Assembly (NCBI GenBank): GCA_024137785.1
Contig: JAHRHZ010000085.1
Location: 14,360,609 to 14,424,608 of the forward strand
Source: Ginglymostoma cirratum
Taxonomy: Eukaryota
Reading direction: 5' to 3'
Length of the DNA: 64,000 bases
Within the stretch, counting starts at the first letter, position 1; each line of letters begins with the position of its first letter. The notes beneath the pieces were generated by a model. It did no database searches. It saw only the letters and a list, made by a program, of their open reading frames with translations, and was not told where the DNA came from. Position numbers and translations under genes: made by a program. Positions 38,570 to 51,860 of this stretch are shown in pieces.

Positions 38570-38915
38570 CGTAAGACCATAACACATAGGAGCAGAAGTA
38601 GTCCATTCTGCCCATCACATGCACTCTGCCATTCTCTGAGATCATGGCTGATCTGATAAACTTCAACTCCACATTCCTGCCTTTTCACCATAACCCTTAC
38701 AGATTAAAAACCTATTGATCTCAGCCTTGAATATTCTTAACGATCCAAACCTGACAGCTATCTGCAATAAAGAGCTCCACAGATTCACTCTCCTCCGAGA
38801 GAAGACATTCCTCTCCAACTCTATCTTAAATGTGCGACCCCTTATTCTGAAATTTAACCCTTTGGTTCTAGACTATCCCACAAGGAGCAACGGCTTCTCC
38901 ATGTCGACCCTGTCA
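38570..38915 (-). mobile_element. CR1 LINE 3' end
   Basis: Homologous to 30650-31000. Confidence 0.75.
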
Positions 38916-38999
38916 GTGCTCATTTCCTCAAGGACATGAACCATTAAGAGGGCACCAATGACTGTTTATACAAACCACACCTTTTGAATCCAAGAGAGT

Positions 39000-39275
39000 G
39001 CATGAGCCTTGCTTCAGGTATGAGCGTTTGCTCATTATTTATAACAGAGCAAAGTTCATGAACCTGAAACTGAACATTTGGTCATGACCTGTCCACTATC
39101 TTGACCTTTGAGTTACTGTCTTGACAGATCAATAAGGTCAGAGTTGAAGAATTTAAATTAATCTACTGTCTTTATCCTGAAATAAAACTCACTCTTATCT
39201 GCATTCCTAGTACTGTGAGTTCATCACACTTTAAAAATAGTTTTTTTATAATAAAGATGTTCTGCCCTCTGTTGG
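39000..39275 (-). promoter_or_regulatory. Conserved promoter-like block, copy B
   Basis: TATAAATA (minus) 39036-39043; AGAGCAAAGTTCA 39046-39058; palindromic TGGTCATGACCT 39079-39090; TGACCTTTG 39102-39110; CTCF-like 39262-39275. Confidence 0.45.
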
Positions 39276-39934
39276 TATATGGGACAGCACTGCAGGCAGA
39301 GAAAGGAACTTAACATCAAATTATTCACGCTTCTCACAACTTGATTATTTAATTCCACCATGGGAGCTCCTGAATTCATCAACATGATGATAAGTTCAGG
39401 CAGCTTCAAAAGAGCAGGAACATTGATGTTACGCATCAAGACCCTTCTTTATTCCTGAATGCCCATTTCTGAAGAAGGGTCCTGACCTGAAACGTCAACT
39501 TTCCTGCTCCTCCGATGCTGCCTGGCCCGCTGTTTTCCTCCAGCTCTATACTGTGTTATTGCTGACTCCAGCATCTGCGGTTCTTGCTATCCCATTGATA
39601 AAAGTTCACTCTGCATGCACCTCTATTACAAACTGAGGGGAGTGAATGATTAGAAGTGTGAAAAATAGAAATGGAATGCAAAATGATGTCGACTCGCTGT
39701 AAGGTTGCCTCTCATTCTTCTATATTCTGTGTACATGGCCAATCTACTCAACCTCTCCTCATACGACCGTCCCTCCTGGTATCATCTGAGTGAACCTTCT
39801 CCAAACTGCCTCCAATGCCAGTATAAGTTTCTTTAGATACAAAACTCAAAACTGTTCACAATATTCCAATTGTGGCCTGACTCATGACATTTGGCCAGGT
39901 GATTGCCCAGTGGTATTATTGGTAGTGGTATCAA

Positions 39935-40960
39935 GATGGTGGCAGTGGTGGAGGGGTACTTTTCAGCCTGGAGGCCTGTGACCCGTGGTGTGCCACAAGG
40001 ATCGGTGCTGGGTCCACTGCTTTTTGTCATTTAGGCAAATGATTTGGATGTGAACGCAAGAGGTACGGTGTGAAGAAGGTTACCTCGGACTATAAATGGG
40101 ATCTTGATGGGATGGGCCAATGGGCTGAGGAGTGGCAGATGGAGTTTAATTTAGATAAATGTGAGGTGCTGCATTTTGGAAAAGCAAATCGATGCAGGAT
40201 ATATTCAGTTAGTGGTAAGGCCCTGGAAAGTGTTGCTGAACAATGAGACCTTGGAGTATAGGTTCATAGCTCCTTTAAAGTGGAGTCACAGGTAGATATG
40301 ATAATGAAGAAAGCTTTTGGTAGGTTTGCTTTTATTGGTCAATGAATTGATTACAGGAGTTGGGAGGTCATGTTGCAACTGTACAGGACATTCCTTCGGA
40401 CACTTTTGGAATGTTGCATGCAATTCTGGTCTCCCTGTTATAGGAAGGATGTTGTGAAACTGGCAAGAGCTCAAAAACAATATGTAAGGATGTTGCCAGG
40501 GTTGGAGGGTTTGTGCTATAGGGACGGGTTGAATTGGCTGGGCCTATTTTCCCTGGAGTGTCAGAGGTTGAGGTGTCACCCTACAGAAGTTTATAAAATC
40601 ATGAGGGGCATGGATAGGGTAAATAGGCAAGGTCTTTCCTCCCAGGTGAGGGAGTCCAAAAATAGAGGGCATTGGTTTAATGTGAGAGGGGAAAGATATA
40701 AAAGGGGCCTAAGATGCAACTTTTTCACAATGAGGGTGCTGCATGTATGGAATGAACTGCCAGAGGAAGTGGTGGAGGCTGGTACAATTACAACATTTAA
40801 AAGGCATGTGGATGGGTAAAAGAATAGGAACGATTTAGAGGGATGTGGACCAAATGCTGGCAAATGGGACTAGATTTATATAAGATATCTGGTTGGCATG
40901 GACGCATTGGACTGAAGGGTCTGTTTCTGTGCTGTATATCTCGGTGACTCTATGGCTCTA
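39935..40960 (+). mobile_element. CR1 LINE 3' portion
   Basis: [13 protein letters not shown]; ORF 40370-40819 LQLYRT...FWSPCYRKDV...WNELPEEVVEAG. Confidence 0.92.
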
Positions 40961-41101
40961 TGGCTGTTAATCCAAAGACATAGATAATGGTCTGGGGACC
41001 GAGGTTCAAATCTCGCCATGGTGGAATTTGAATTCAATAAAAATAAATCAGGAATTAAGAGTCTCATGTTGACCATGATTCCATTGTCAATTGTCCGGAG
41101 A

Positions 41102-41120
41102 AACCCTAACCCTAACCCTA
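41102..41120 (+). repeat. Short interstitial telomere-type repeat (AACCCT)3
   Basis: aaccctaaccctaacccta inside an interspersed repeat whose other copy (32300-32360, opposite strand) lacks it. Confidence 0.6.
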
Positions 41121-42847
41121 TCGTAGGTTCACTAATGTCCTTTAGGGAAGAAACTGCCAGCCCTACCTGGTCACTTTGAATGTTGGTAATTTTATTGTTC
41201 AAATTTAAGATACTCCTGTGTGTACAGTATGCCTGACTTTATTTCAGTTCTGCTTTCTACTCACTGCTTCAGTGATGATGATATATATCCCACACTTGCT
41301 GGCCCAGTGATAGCGGCACAGTCAGAGGACTTACCAGTTCGCAGTAATTCTAATCCACCTTCTCAAATTCCACATATCCCTCATCCCACAAATTGTTTGC
41401 ACCTCTTTCCTTCACCTTCCCCATACGTTACCCTTGAGCACTGCCCCTTTCAGATACCCAAGAGCTACCCCTTTGCCAGGCAGTGATGTGGGAGGCTGAA
41501 GACAAAAGGAAGAAGATGTTGATGAGGAACAAATACTGCCGCTGGACCCGACACTGTCAGCGACCAGCTCAGAAACTGGCACTGCACATTCTATAGAGGG
41601 TGACAAAAAGGAGGAGCTGTACGTAGAGAGTTACCAGGCACAAGAGGGGTGCAGCCAGTGCTGAGGGGAAAGGATTATACATTCCCAGCTCCAAGCGGGG
41701 TATGGTTACAGATGGCTCCTGTTGCAGGCTCCTCAGGTGGGGACTTCAGTTGGAGTGTACAGGAAAACTCTTATCCATATGTATACCGTAATGCTTAGTA
41801 CATTAACAGACTAATCAGCAAGTCTGGGCTCACTGTCAACAAAAAAGGAGCAGCTTGGCTCTGACTTGGCACAAGGCTTTCCTTTCCATCAGGCAAATGG
41901 TGGCCAATTCCAAGGAGGGACACAACCCCATTCCAACATTTGATAATGTGTCTGGGAGGAAGGTCTGGTCTGTAGGCCATCACAAGGCAATCTGCTGAAG
42001 CTGAAGCCCATCCTTTCCAGCAGGGAAATGGTGGCCAATTCCATGGCAGGAATTTTCTTGTCCCATGGGGGCAAGTTTGAAGGTGGGACCAGGAGGAAAA
42101 TCTGTAATATCAATACCAGTCTGTAGATCAATACATTCCCGCCTTTGCCTGAACCTCTGGGAAGACTGTCAACACTGCAGAGGCTAATGGGAATGCGCAA
42201 TGAAATAGAATTCATCAATAACTTCATAGTAAAGGCATTTGAAGGCGACAATGACTTTAACATGATAGAATTTCAGCTCAGCTTGAAGTTGTGAAGTGTG
42301 GGTCTAAAACTAATAATATAAACCTAAATGAAGGGAATTATGAGGACATGAAGGCAGAACTGCTTTGTGAACTCAGTAACTAGGTTAAGGGATACAATTG
42401 TAACGATCAAGTGTCAGAATTTTATGGTGATATTGAATAATTCTAAGCAAGGTCTTATCCTATTGAGAAAGAAAGACTTTGAGAAGAATATGTAATCCAG
42501 ACCTGAAAAGGAAGTTAAGGATATTATCAAATTAAAGGAAACACTGTACAAATCTACAAGGATTTATATTTGTATGCCTTATACAACTACCAACATTCTT
42601 AGCATTTCTTAACTTGTTCCATCACTTTACACTTGGGATAAGGTATCCACATTTATGTTATCTTTTCCAGCAATAACCTTTACGGTAAATGGTTTAAATA
42701 AAAGACTTCGTCTGAGTAGTCTCGCATTTTGAGTTTTAAGTTCTCAATGAATGCCCAGTGGATTCTCAACCATGTAGATTATGGTTCTCTGTCACTGCAT
42801 CGAAAGTAGATTTCAAAGTGTTAAAAAGTTGATAGCAATCCCAAACT

Positions 42848-43561
42848 GAGAGATGGTAGGAAGTGCTGATGCCAGAGTCAGAAATAACAAAGTGTGGAGC
42901 TGGAGGAACACAGCAGGCCAGGCAGCATCAGAGAAGCAGGAAAGCTGACGTTTCGGGTCAGGACCCTTCTTCAGNNNNNNNNNNNNNNNNNNNNNNNNNN
43001 NNNNNNNNNNNNNNNNNNNNNNNNNNNNNNNNNNNNNNNNNNNNNNNNNNNNNNNNNNNNNNNNNNNNNNNNNNNNNNNNNNNNNNNNNNNNNNNNNNNN
43101 NNNNNNNNNNNNNNNNNNNNNNNNNNNNNNNNNNNNNNNNNNNNNNNNNNNNNNNNNNNNNNNNNNNNNNNNNNNNNNNNNNNNNNNNNNNNNNNNNNNN
43201 NNNNNNNNNNNNNNNNNNNNNNNNNNNNNNNNNNNNNNNNNNNNNNNNNNNNNNNNNNNNNNNNNNNNNNNNNNNNNNNNNNNNNNNNNNNNNNNNNNNN
43301 NNNNNNNNNNNNNNNNNNNNNNNNNNNNNNNNNNNNNNNNNNNNNNNNNNNNNNNNNNNNNNNNNNNNNNNNNNCTGCCTACCCGCACTCACCTATCACC
43401 ATCCCACCTATCTTCCCCAGCTCCACCCTTGCTCTCTATTTATTTCAGAGCTCCCTTCCCCCCTCCCCCGTTTCTGAAGAAGGGTCCTGACTTGAAATGT
43501 CAGCTTTCCTGCTCCTCTGATGCTGCCTGGCCTGCTGTGTTCATTCAGCTCCACACTGTGT
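42848..43561. mobile_element. Penelope terminal-repeat hairpin spanning the assembly gap
   Basis: Inverted repeat copies on each side of the Ns; TSD tag(c/t)aatcccaaact at 42833-42847 and 43562-43576. Confidence 0.8.
42975..43374. other. Assembly gap, 400 N
   Basis: Run of N. Confidence 1.
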
Positions 43562-44069
43562 TAGTAATCCCAAACTTGTGTGTTATGCAGTCGTGCGCTT
43601 CTTCTGGCTTATTTCCTTAGATAGGTACTCCACTGTCTTCTCAATTCTTCACTCGTGATCCTGCAACAGGAATGCAGTGATCCCTAAGTCACAGGCATCA
43701 ATTGCCATTTCGAAAAATAAGGGGCAGCCAACACTTGTTCATTCATTAGGATTGTCTTCAGGATCTCAAAAGCTGCCTGGTGTTCTGCTGAAATTGCACT
43801 CAAACTTCAGCAAAAAATCTCATGATTTCCCATTTAATTATAGGAACAGGGAGTTCTATTTGAGCCTTCACTTTTACTGCCTTTGGCAACACAGTCCTAC
43901 AATTTGTCTTAGGTAAGTTACTCTTCTTTTGTGAATTCACCTTTGGCTGAATTTGGTACTAAACCGATCAATAGCAATTGCTTAGACATATCTACCAATT
44001 GTTTCTCGTTGTTTCCAATGTGCTGTATATTGCAACATTGTCTAGATAAATTTAGCAGGACTTGATTAG

Positions 44070-47000
44070 GGAGCTTCAGGTGAATGAGCCCCTTGGGAAC
44101 CGTGACCATAATGTGATCGAATTCATCCTGCAGTTTGAGAGGGAGAGGTTAGAATCAGATATAACGATATTGCAATTGAGTAGAGGTAACTATAAAGACA
44201 TGAGGGAGGAGCTGGCCAGAGTTTTTTGAAAGGAGAGTCTATCAGGGAAGATGGTGGAACAGCGATGGCAGGAACTTTTGGGGGGTAAGTTGGGAGGTAC
44301 AGCAGAAATTCATCCCAAGGGAAAAAAAAACATACTAAGAGGAGGATGAGGTAACCAGGACAGACAAGGGAAGTCAGGAACAACGTAAAAGCAAAAGAAA
44401 AAGCATACAACATGGTGAAGATTAGTGGGAAGCCAAAGGATTGTGAAGCCTTTAAAAATCAGCAGAGAGAGAGTTAGGGAGAAGATGAAATCGGAGGGTA
44501 AGTTAGCTAGTAATATAAAGGGGGACAGCAGTAGTTTCTTCTTACAGATATAAGAAGTAAGAGAAAGGCAAGAGTGGACATCGGAGCACTGGAAAATGAG
44601 GCTGGAGAAATAGTAATGGGGCACAAAGAAATGGAGGAGGACCTGAAAGGATACTTTACATCAGTCTTCACAGTGGGAGACATCAGCAACACATCATAGC
44701 TACAAAGGTGTGGGGGGAGCGGGGGGGCGGTAAAGTGAGTGTAGCGGCCATCACTAAGGAGATGGTGCTGGGGAAGCTGAAAGGCCTGAAGGTGGATAAA
44801 TCACCCAGACCAAAGGGACTACAGCCCTGAATTCTGAAGAATAAAGCTAAAGAGGTTGTACAGGTATTGGTGATGATCTTTCAGGAATCACTGGATCCAG
44901 GAAGGATCCCAGAGAGCTGAAAAATGACTAATGTAAAACCACTGTTTAAGAAGGGAGGAAGGCACAAGACAGGGAACTATAGGCTGGTTGGCCTGGCCTC
45001 AATCGTTGGTAAGATTTCAAGCATAAGATTGCAAAATACATAGAAGTGCATGGTAAAATAGGACCCAGTTATCTGGCTTTATCAAGGAGAGGTCATGTCT
45101 GACAAATCTGTTAGAATACTTTGAGGAGCAAGTTAGAGAAAGGAGAGCTAGTAGATGTGATCTATTTGGATTTCCTGAAGGCTTTTGACAAGGTGCTGCA
45201 CAGGGTTGAAGGGGAGGAAATAAAGTCTTTTTAGACGCTAGGGAGACTGGAAGACAGGACAAACAAAAAGTGGAATGATACCAAAAAGACAAAGTTAAGG
45301 GAACTTTACCTGAACGAATGCAATATTTGCAACAAGGTTAATGATCTAAAGACACAAATAGAGATATATGGTATTGTGTGGTATATTGGACAGTGAAAAA
45401 GATTATCTAAGATTACAAAAAGGATCTTGATCAATTGTGCCAATGGGTCGAAGAGTGGCAGATGGAGTTAATTTGGATAAATGTGAGGTATTGCATTTTA
45501 GTAAAACAAACAACAACTGAACTGATACAATTAATGGTAGGGATCTGGGTAGTGTTTCAGCACAGAGACATCTAAAGGTTCAGTTGCATAATTCATTGAA
45601 TTTTGCATCACGGGTAGGCAGGCTGGTTAGGAAGACATTTAGCAAGTTGCTTTCATTGCTTAGGCCATTGAGTATAGGAGTCGGGACGTCATGTCGAGGT
45701 TTTACAGGACGTTGGTGAGGCATCTTCTGCAGTACTGTGTGCAGTTCTGATGTTCCCTTTATAGAAGGGATATAATTAAACTGGAGTGGGTTCAGAAGAG
45801 ATTTGCTAGGATATTGCTGGGAATAGGGAGACTGAGTTATAATAATAGACCGGGAAGACTGGGACTTTTTCACTGGCATGTAGGAGGTTGAGGGGTGACC
45901 TTATTAAGGTTTATAAACTCATGAGTGGCATAGATAATGTGAACGGAAACGATCTTTTCCCTTGGGTGGGTGAGTTCAAAACTAGGGGGCGTATTTTTAA
46001 GGTGAGAAGAGAAAGATTTAAAAAGGACAAGAAGGGCATTTTTTTAACACGAAGTGTCGTTTGTGTGTGGAATGAAGTGCCGGGGAAAGTGATGGATGCA
46101 GGTGCAGTTACAACATTTGAAAAATGTTTGGATAAGTTCATGACTAGGAAAGGGGTTTTGAGGGATTTGGGCCAAAAATAAGCAGGTGTGACTAGTTTAG
46201 TTTGGGAACATTGTTGGCATGGACTGTCGGACCAAAGGGTCTGCTTCCGTGCTGTATGACTCTATCTATTTGCCTTACAGAAACATGACTGCACGGTGAC
46301 CAGGAGTGGGGACTGAATATTCAAGAATACATGGTGTTAGGATGGATAAACAATATGGATAGGAGTTGCACTGATAATAAAAGACGGGATCAGTACATTA
46401 GTATGAGAGGATTTCAGATCAGAAGGACAAGGCATGGAATCTGTTTGGGTGAAACTAAGGAACAGCAGGGGGCAGCAGACATTGGGTTAGCGTTATTTTA
46501 GACCACCAAATAGTGGTTGTGTGGGGCATAGTATTAATCAAGAGATGGAAGAAGCAAGTAGCATGTGCAAAAGTTGTCATGGTGCCTTCAATCTGCATAA
46601 TGACTGGGAAACCAATTGAACACTAAAGCTGTGGAGGACAAGTTTCTGGAGTGTTAGAGCAGCATGTTGAGGAGCCGACTGCGCAACACTCTATTTTAGA
46701 TTTATTATGACGTAATGAAAAAGGGCTAAGTTTCAGCCTTGCTGTAAAAAAACTTCTACGGATGAGTGCCCACAGTATGACTGAATTTTGTATTTATTTA
46801 GGAAGTGAGGTGGTTCAATCTGAAGCAAGGGTATTAATTTTGAATAAGGGAAATTATAAAGCTGGAACTACTAACTGGCTGGGGTGATATGGAAAAATAC
46901 ATTAAAAGGCATAACTACATACATAATGGAGAGTCTTACAATGAAATGACTAACAGCAACTATGTATTCCTTCAAGGTTTAAAACTTAAAAAATGGTGAC

Positions 47001-47320
47001 TGAGCTTACAAAGGAAGTTCAGGATTGTATAAGATTAAAGAAAAAGGCTAAAAGGTTTCTAGAAATAACAATAATTCCTAATATTGGGAGGTTTTTAGAA
47101 TACAGCAAAGGCGGATCAATAAACTAATTGGGAAAGGAAGAATAGGGATTCAATCTAGCAGAAAACATAGAAACAGACTGGAAACACTTGTATGAGTGTG
47201 TAAAAATGACACATTTGGCTCAAGTGAATGTGGGTCCTTTCCAGGCAGAGTAAGGAGAATTTACAATGGGGAACAGAGAAATGGCAGAGAAACTGAATGT
47301 TTATTTTGGGTTGAATCTTG
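44070..47320 (+). mobile_element. Stack of CR1 fragments (44070-45300 ORF2 middle; 45370-46265 3' end; 46270-47320 endonuclease region)
   Basis: EPLGNRDHNVIEF, LFKKGGR, CLTNLLEYFE, RGDLIKVYKLM, ESVWVKLRN...RPP motifs. Confidence 0.85.
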
Positions 47321-48196
47321 TGTTTCTTTGGCTAAGTCTCAGTTTTGCTGAGTCTTTTTTTTGGGCAGAGTGGTTTGTTGCCACGAATTCTAGTGAGTTC
47401 TCTCACCATGTCCAACTAAACTCTCCTCATTAATTATCTACCACCTCCCTACTGCATCTCTCTCACGGACAATTTATACCCCATCTTACCATGTGCCAAT
47501 CCCTGGATCAACTCGCCACTCCATGGATATCCACTAAAGGAATGGCATCACTTGCGCCCATGCTAGCTTTGACAGTCTGTGGTGCACCTGGACAGGCATT
47601 TTCAGTCTCGAGCTGCCCTGCACAGTTCCTGACATTTTCTTTGGATGTAACAGGCAGGGGGAAATTTGCGCCCTGCTTTGTGAGAAGGGTCTGGGAGGTC
47701 CAGCTAGCACAAGACTTCCTCTTCCCACAAGACCAGCAATGGATGCTATGACACCAGACCACGACAAACTGGTCCAAGGTTCGTACTTGGTTTAAAGTAG
47801 TCTCAACTATCTCAGAAGAATACCCAGCACTACAGGAAGAAGGTTAATGACCCCCTCCAGTCTGCCAGCATAAGTACCTGATACCTGGGATTCACTTGCT
47901 ACACCTGAATGAGTGAGCACGATCACAACAACTGACTGGCTGAAGATACAGCCTGTTCCAGTGCAGGCCACATGTTCCCGAATGCACAAACACTGTCCTT
48001 GCTGCAACATTACAATGAAAGTTGTCAGTGCAGGCGCAGACACAACTGTAAGTGAATCAGAAATGTGTATCCTGAGATACAAGTGCCCAGGTTCTGTCAT
48101 GGAGGTCCTGTGGAACATGTGTGAGTTAAATCTGCCAGGTGTTTGCTCTGGGTTCCTTGTCAAATTTTCTCAACATCAACCTTATTTGTCCAAGAG

Positions 48197-48856
48197 TGAA
48201 TGCAAGAACCTGAGACTCTTAATGCACCCACACGCGAACGTGGGCATAACAATTGAAAGAGTTAATACAAATAGCGTTAAAACTGCAGTAACCAAAATAG
48301 CATGAATGTAATAAAATAATGAGTAAGGGATATATATGTATGTATTTATGAGCAATAGGGAAAGGGGAGAAATTGGGAGGAGGAACTCACAAGCCCGCAT
48401 AGAAATCACGCGATGCGTCCTTAGGTACCTTACACAATGCAAAACCAAGTAATTGACAATAGGGCAAAACTCAAAATAATACATTGACGGATATGTAGAG
48501 TTAAAAGAAAATAATAAGTGATAGCAAACAATAAAGCGGGACTTTGTGGCATGTCGCATTGCCATATATGACGCTGTTTGCTGATTGGCTAGAATTTGCC
48601 GCATAACCATATATGGTACTTTCTCCTTCCTGAAAAACAGGAAGTGCACCTGATTAGCTGCAGTATGAACAATAGAGTGTATGAGAGGTCGGGGATTGTC
48701 TGACCAGATTAGAGAACATATGGCCATCCTGCGAGACTGTATCACGTTGTTTCCCTGCTGTAATCGATTGCTGCTTGAATAAAAGCTACTGGTTAAAGAA
48801 TTGGCTCGGTGCTCTCTTGCTTTATTTTGTGCGACCATCTGCAGTCCACTCCTACA
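48197..48856 (+). mobile_element. Young solo LTR, 660 bp, 5-bp TSD
   Basis: TG...CA termini; AAGAG at 48192-48196 and 48857-48861; CCAAT (reverse, 48584-48588); ETS-like CAGGAAGTG 48638-48646; AATAAA 48778-48783; CpGs retained. Confidence 0.75.
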
Positions 48857-49290
48857 AAGAGACCCATTGTATACTTGTTGCTTCCCCCCCCACCTCAACA
48901 CACACTGCCCCTTCTAAAAAGGCTAGAGGTAGATTGTGCAGCAATGTAATTTAGTTTAAGCTATCATGCTGGGGATTACAGTATGTTTCAGCAAATTATG
49001 TTAGTTACAAATCCAATTTATATTTCCAGCTGATTAATTCTAAATTAATTTTGTTAAGATCGCAGCTAGCCTCATTACTGGACAGGTCAGACCCCAGACT
49101 GAATGTTGGCTTGATAGATCATATTTTGTTAGATTGCTTTGGTTTTAATAATGTGGTTTTTCAGTGAAACATAAACATGCAATGCGGCAGATTTGGTTTT
49201 AAGAACAAGACAATCGTTTATTTGCAAAAGAAATGAAGATAAAATAGAATAATTCCAACACAAGTTTAACATTTAGAAATAGTCAGTAAA

Positions 49291-49615
49291 GGGTGGCACG
49301 ACGGCTCAGCGGTTAGCACTGCTGCCTCACAGCGCCAGGAACCCGGGTTTGATTCCACCTTCGGGTGACTGTGTGAAGTTTGCACATTCTCCCTGTGTCT
49401 GTGTGGGTTTCCTCTGGGTGCTCTGGTTTCCTCCCACAGTCCAAAGATGTGCAGGCTAAGTGGATTGGACATGCTAAATTGTCTGTAGTGTTCAGGGATG
49501 TGTAGATTTTGTGGGTTATAGGGGGATGGGTCTGGGGGGGAATTCTCTGAGGGTCATTGTGGACTTGTTGGACTGAAGGGCCTGTTTCCACACTGTAGGT
49601 TTTCTATGATTCTAT
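49291..49615 (+). mobile_element. HE1-type tRNA-derived SINE, near full length
   Basis: gggtggcacgacggctcagcggttagc (A box) ... ggtttgattcc (B box); ttctatga tail. Confidence 0.9.
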
Positions 49616-49639
49616 AATGAAAATATAATCTGATTAATC

Positions 49640-51860
49640 CTGAATGTTTTGGGATCAGTGACCATAATTCTGTGAGTTTTAAGTCACCTATGGATAATGA
49701 TAAGTATAGTCCTCGGGAGAAGGCACTAAATTGTGGGAAGGACAAGCACCAGATTGGGGGCAGCTGTTTGAGGCAGAGGTATTCATCTAGCATGTGGGAA
49801 TCTTTTAAAAGCCAATTGATTAGAGCTCAGGACCAGCATGTTCCTGTGAGAACGAAGTGTAAGGATGGCAAGATTCGGGAACCTTGGATGACAGGGAAAT
49901 TGTGAGCTTAGTCAAAAAGAAAAAGAAGGCATATGTAATATTTGGGAAATTTAAGACAGACAGACCCCTCGAATGATATAGAGAAAGCAAGAAAGAACTT
50001 AAACAAGGAGTTAGGAGGGCTAAAAAGGGCCATGAAATGTTCTTGGCAAACAGGATTAAGGAAAATCCCAAGATATTTTGTGCATATATAAGGAGAATGA
50101 GGGTGGCTAGGGAAAGGATATGTCCACTCAAGGACAAAGGGGAGAATTTATGCCTGAAGCCAGAAGAAATGAGTGAGGTTCTCAATGAATACTTTGCATT
50201 GGCGTTCACAAATGATAAGGACATAGTAGATAGTGAGTCTAGGGAGAGGTATGCTGATATTCTAGAACAAGACCTAGGAGCTGCTGGGGTTTTTGAAAAG
50301 CATTAAGGCAGAGATGTTCCCAAGACCTGATGCGATCTATCCCAGAATGCTGAGGGAGGCAGGTGAGGAAGTCGCTGGGGCCTGATACAAAATCTTTGTA
50401 TCCTCATTAGTCACAAGAGAGGTCCTAGAGACTGAAGTATAGTCAATATTGTTCCTTTGTTAAAGGAGGGCAATGGGAATAATCTGGGAAAATACAGGCT
50501 GGTGAGCCTTATGTCAGTGTTAGGGAAAGTATTGGAGAAGATTCTTAAGGACAGGATTTACTCACATTTGGAAAAGTATGGACTTATTAGCAATAGGTAG
50601 CATGGCTTCGCATGAGGAATGTCATGACTCACAAACTTGATTGAGTTTTTTGAGGAAGTGACAAAGATAACTGATGAGGGTCAGGTGGTAGATGCTGTTC
50701 AAATGGACTTTAGCAAGGCCTATGACAAGGTCCCTCATCGCAGGCTGATATGAAAGGTGAAGTCATATGGGACCCATGGTGAGTTGGTAAGATAGATACA
50801 GAAATAGCTTAGTCATAGAAGACAGAGTGCAGCTGTGGAAAGAATTTGTTCAGTTTGGAGATCTGTGACCAGTGCTGTTCCCTGTTGTTTGTAAATATAT
50901 ATAAATAATATGGAGCAGAATGTGGGTGGTCTAATTAGTAAGCTTGAGGATGATGCAAAAATTGGATGAGCTGCAGATAGTGATGAGGATTGCCAGAGGA
51001 AACAGCAGGGTATAGATGGACTGGAGACTTGGACAGACATATGGAAGAATGGAATTTATTTTGGACAAATGTGAAGTGATGAATTTTGGAAAGTCTGATG
51101 CAGGAGGGAAATATACAGTAAATGGCAGAATCCTTAAAATCATTAACATACAGAGGGATCAAGCCTGACAGGTCCAAAGTTCCCCAAAAGTGGCAACTTA
51201 AATGGATAACGCGGTCAAGAAGGTATATGGCATGCTTGCCTTCATTGGCCAGGGCATATAGTATAAAAATTGACAAGTCATTTTGCAGCTGTATAAAACT
51301 CTAGTTTGGCCACATTTGGAATATTGTGTATAATTCTGATTGCCACACTACCAGAAGGATGTGCAATCTTTGAAGAGGGTACAGAAATTGTTTACCAGGA
51401 TGTTGCCTGGTTTGGAGGGTATTAGCTACGAGGAGAAATTGGACAAATTTAATTTGTTTTTCCTTGAACATTGGAGGTTGAGGGATGACTGATAAAAGTT
51501 CACAAAATTATGCGAGGTATGGATAGAATGGATAGTCAGAGTCTTTTTCCCAGGGTAGAAATGTCAATTACTAGAGGACATAGGTTTAAGGTAAAAGGGC
51601 GAAAATTTAAAGATGTGAGAGGTGAGTTTTGGACACAGAGGGTGGCACATGTCTGGAATGTGCTGCCAGAGAATGTGGTAGAAGCAGATACTATAGCAGC
51701 TTTTAAAAACCATCTCGACAGATACATGAATAGGCAGGCAAAAGAGGGATACAAACAGCATAGAGGTAAAAGGTTCTTAGGTTAGAATGGTATCATGTGT
51801 CAGCAAAGACTTAGTGAGCCGAAGGACCTGCTACTGTACTGCACTGTTCTTTGTTATTCC
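49640..51860 (+). mobile_element. Long CR1 LINE ORF2 remnant
   Basis: SDHNSV, REPWMT, KENPKIF, YRLVSL, MDFSKAYDKVPH, through to WNVLPENVVEA. Confidence 0.92.

Larger units (their letters stand above)
34920..39690. repeat. Copy B of the tandem duplication
   Basis: See copy A; same orientation and block order. Confidence 0.85.

Noticed and set aside
41220-42200. Acidic, GC-richer segment with a similar-looking region at 53550-54350
   Set aside because: Probably decayed DNA-transposon sequence, but no diagnostic motif could be supported.
42813-43490. Long ORFs of 144-204 aa
   Set aside because: Artefacts of translating the N gap.
47491-48190. Overlapping Cys-containing ORFs, considered as a third duplicate copy
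   Set aside because: No nucleotide similarity to copies A or B was seen, and there is no coherent exon structure.
48182-48901. 239-aa minus ORF
   Set aside because: Coincides with the solo LTR; no protein-like features.
49291-49365. tRNA-like A and B boxes
   Set aside because: Head of a SINE repeated several times in the window, not a tRNA gene.
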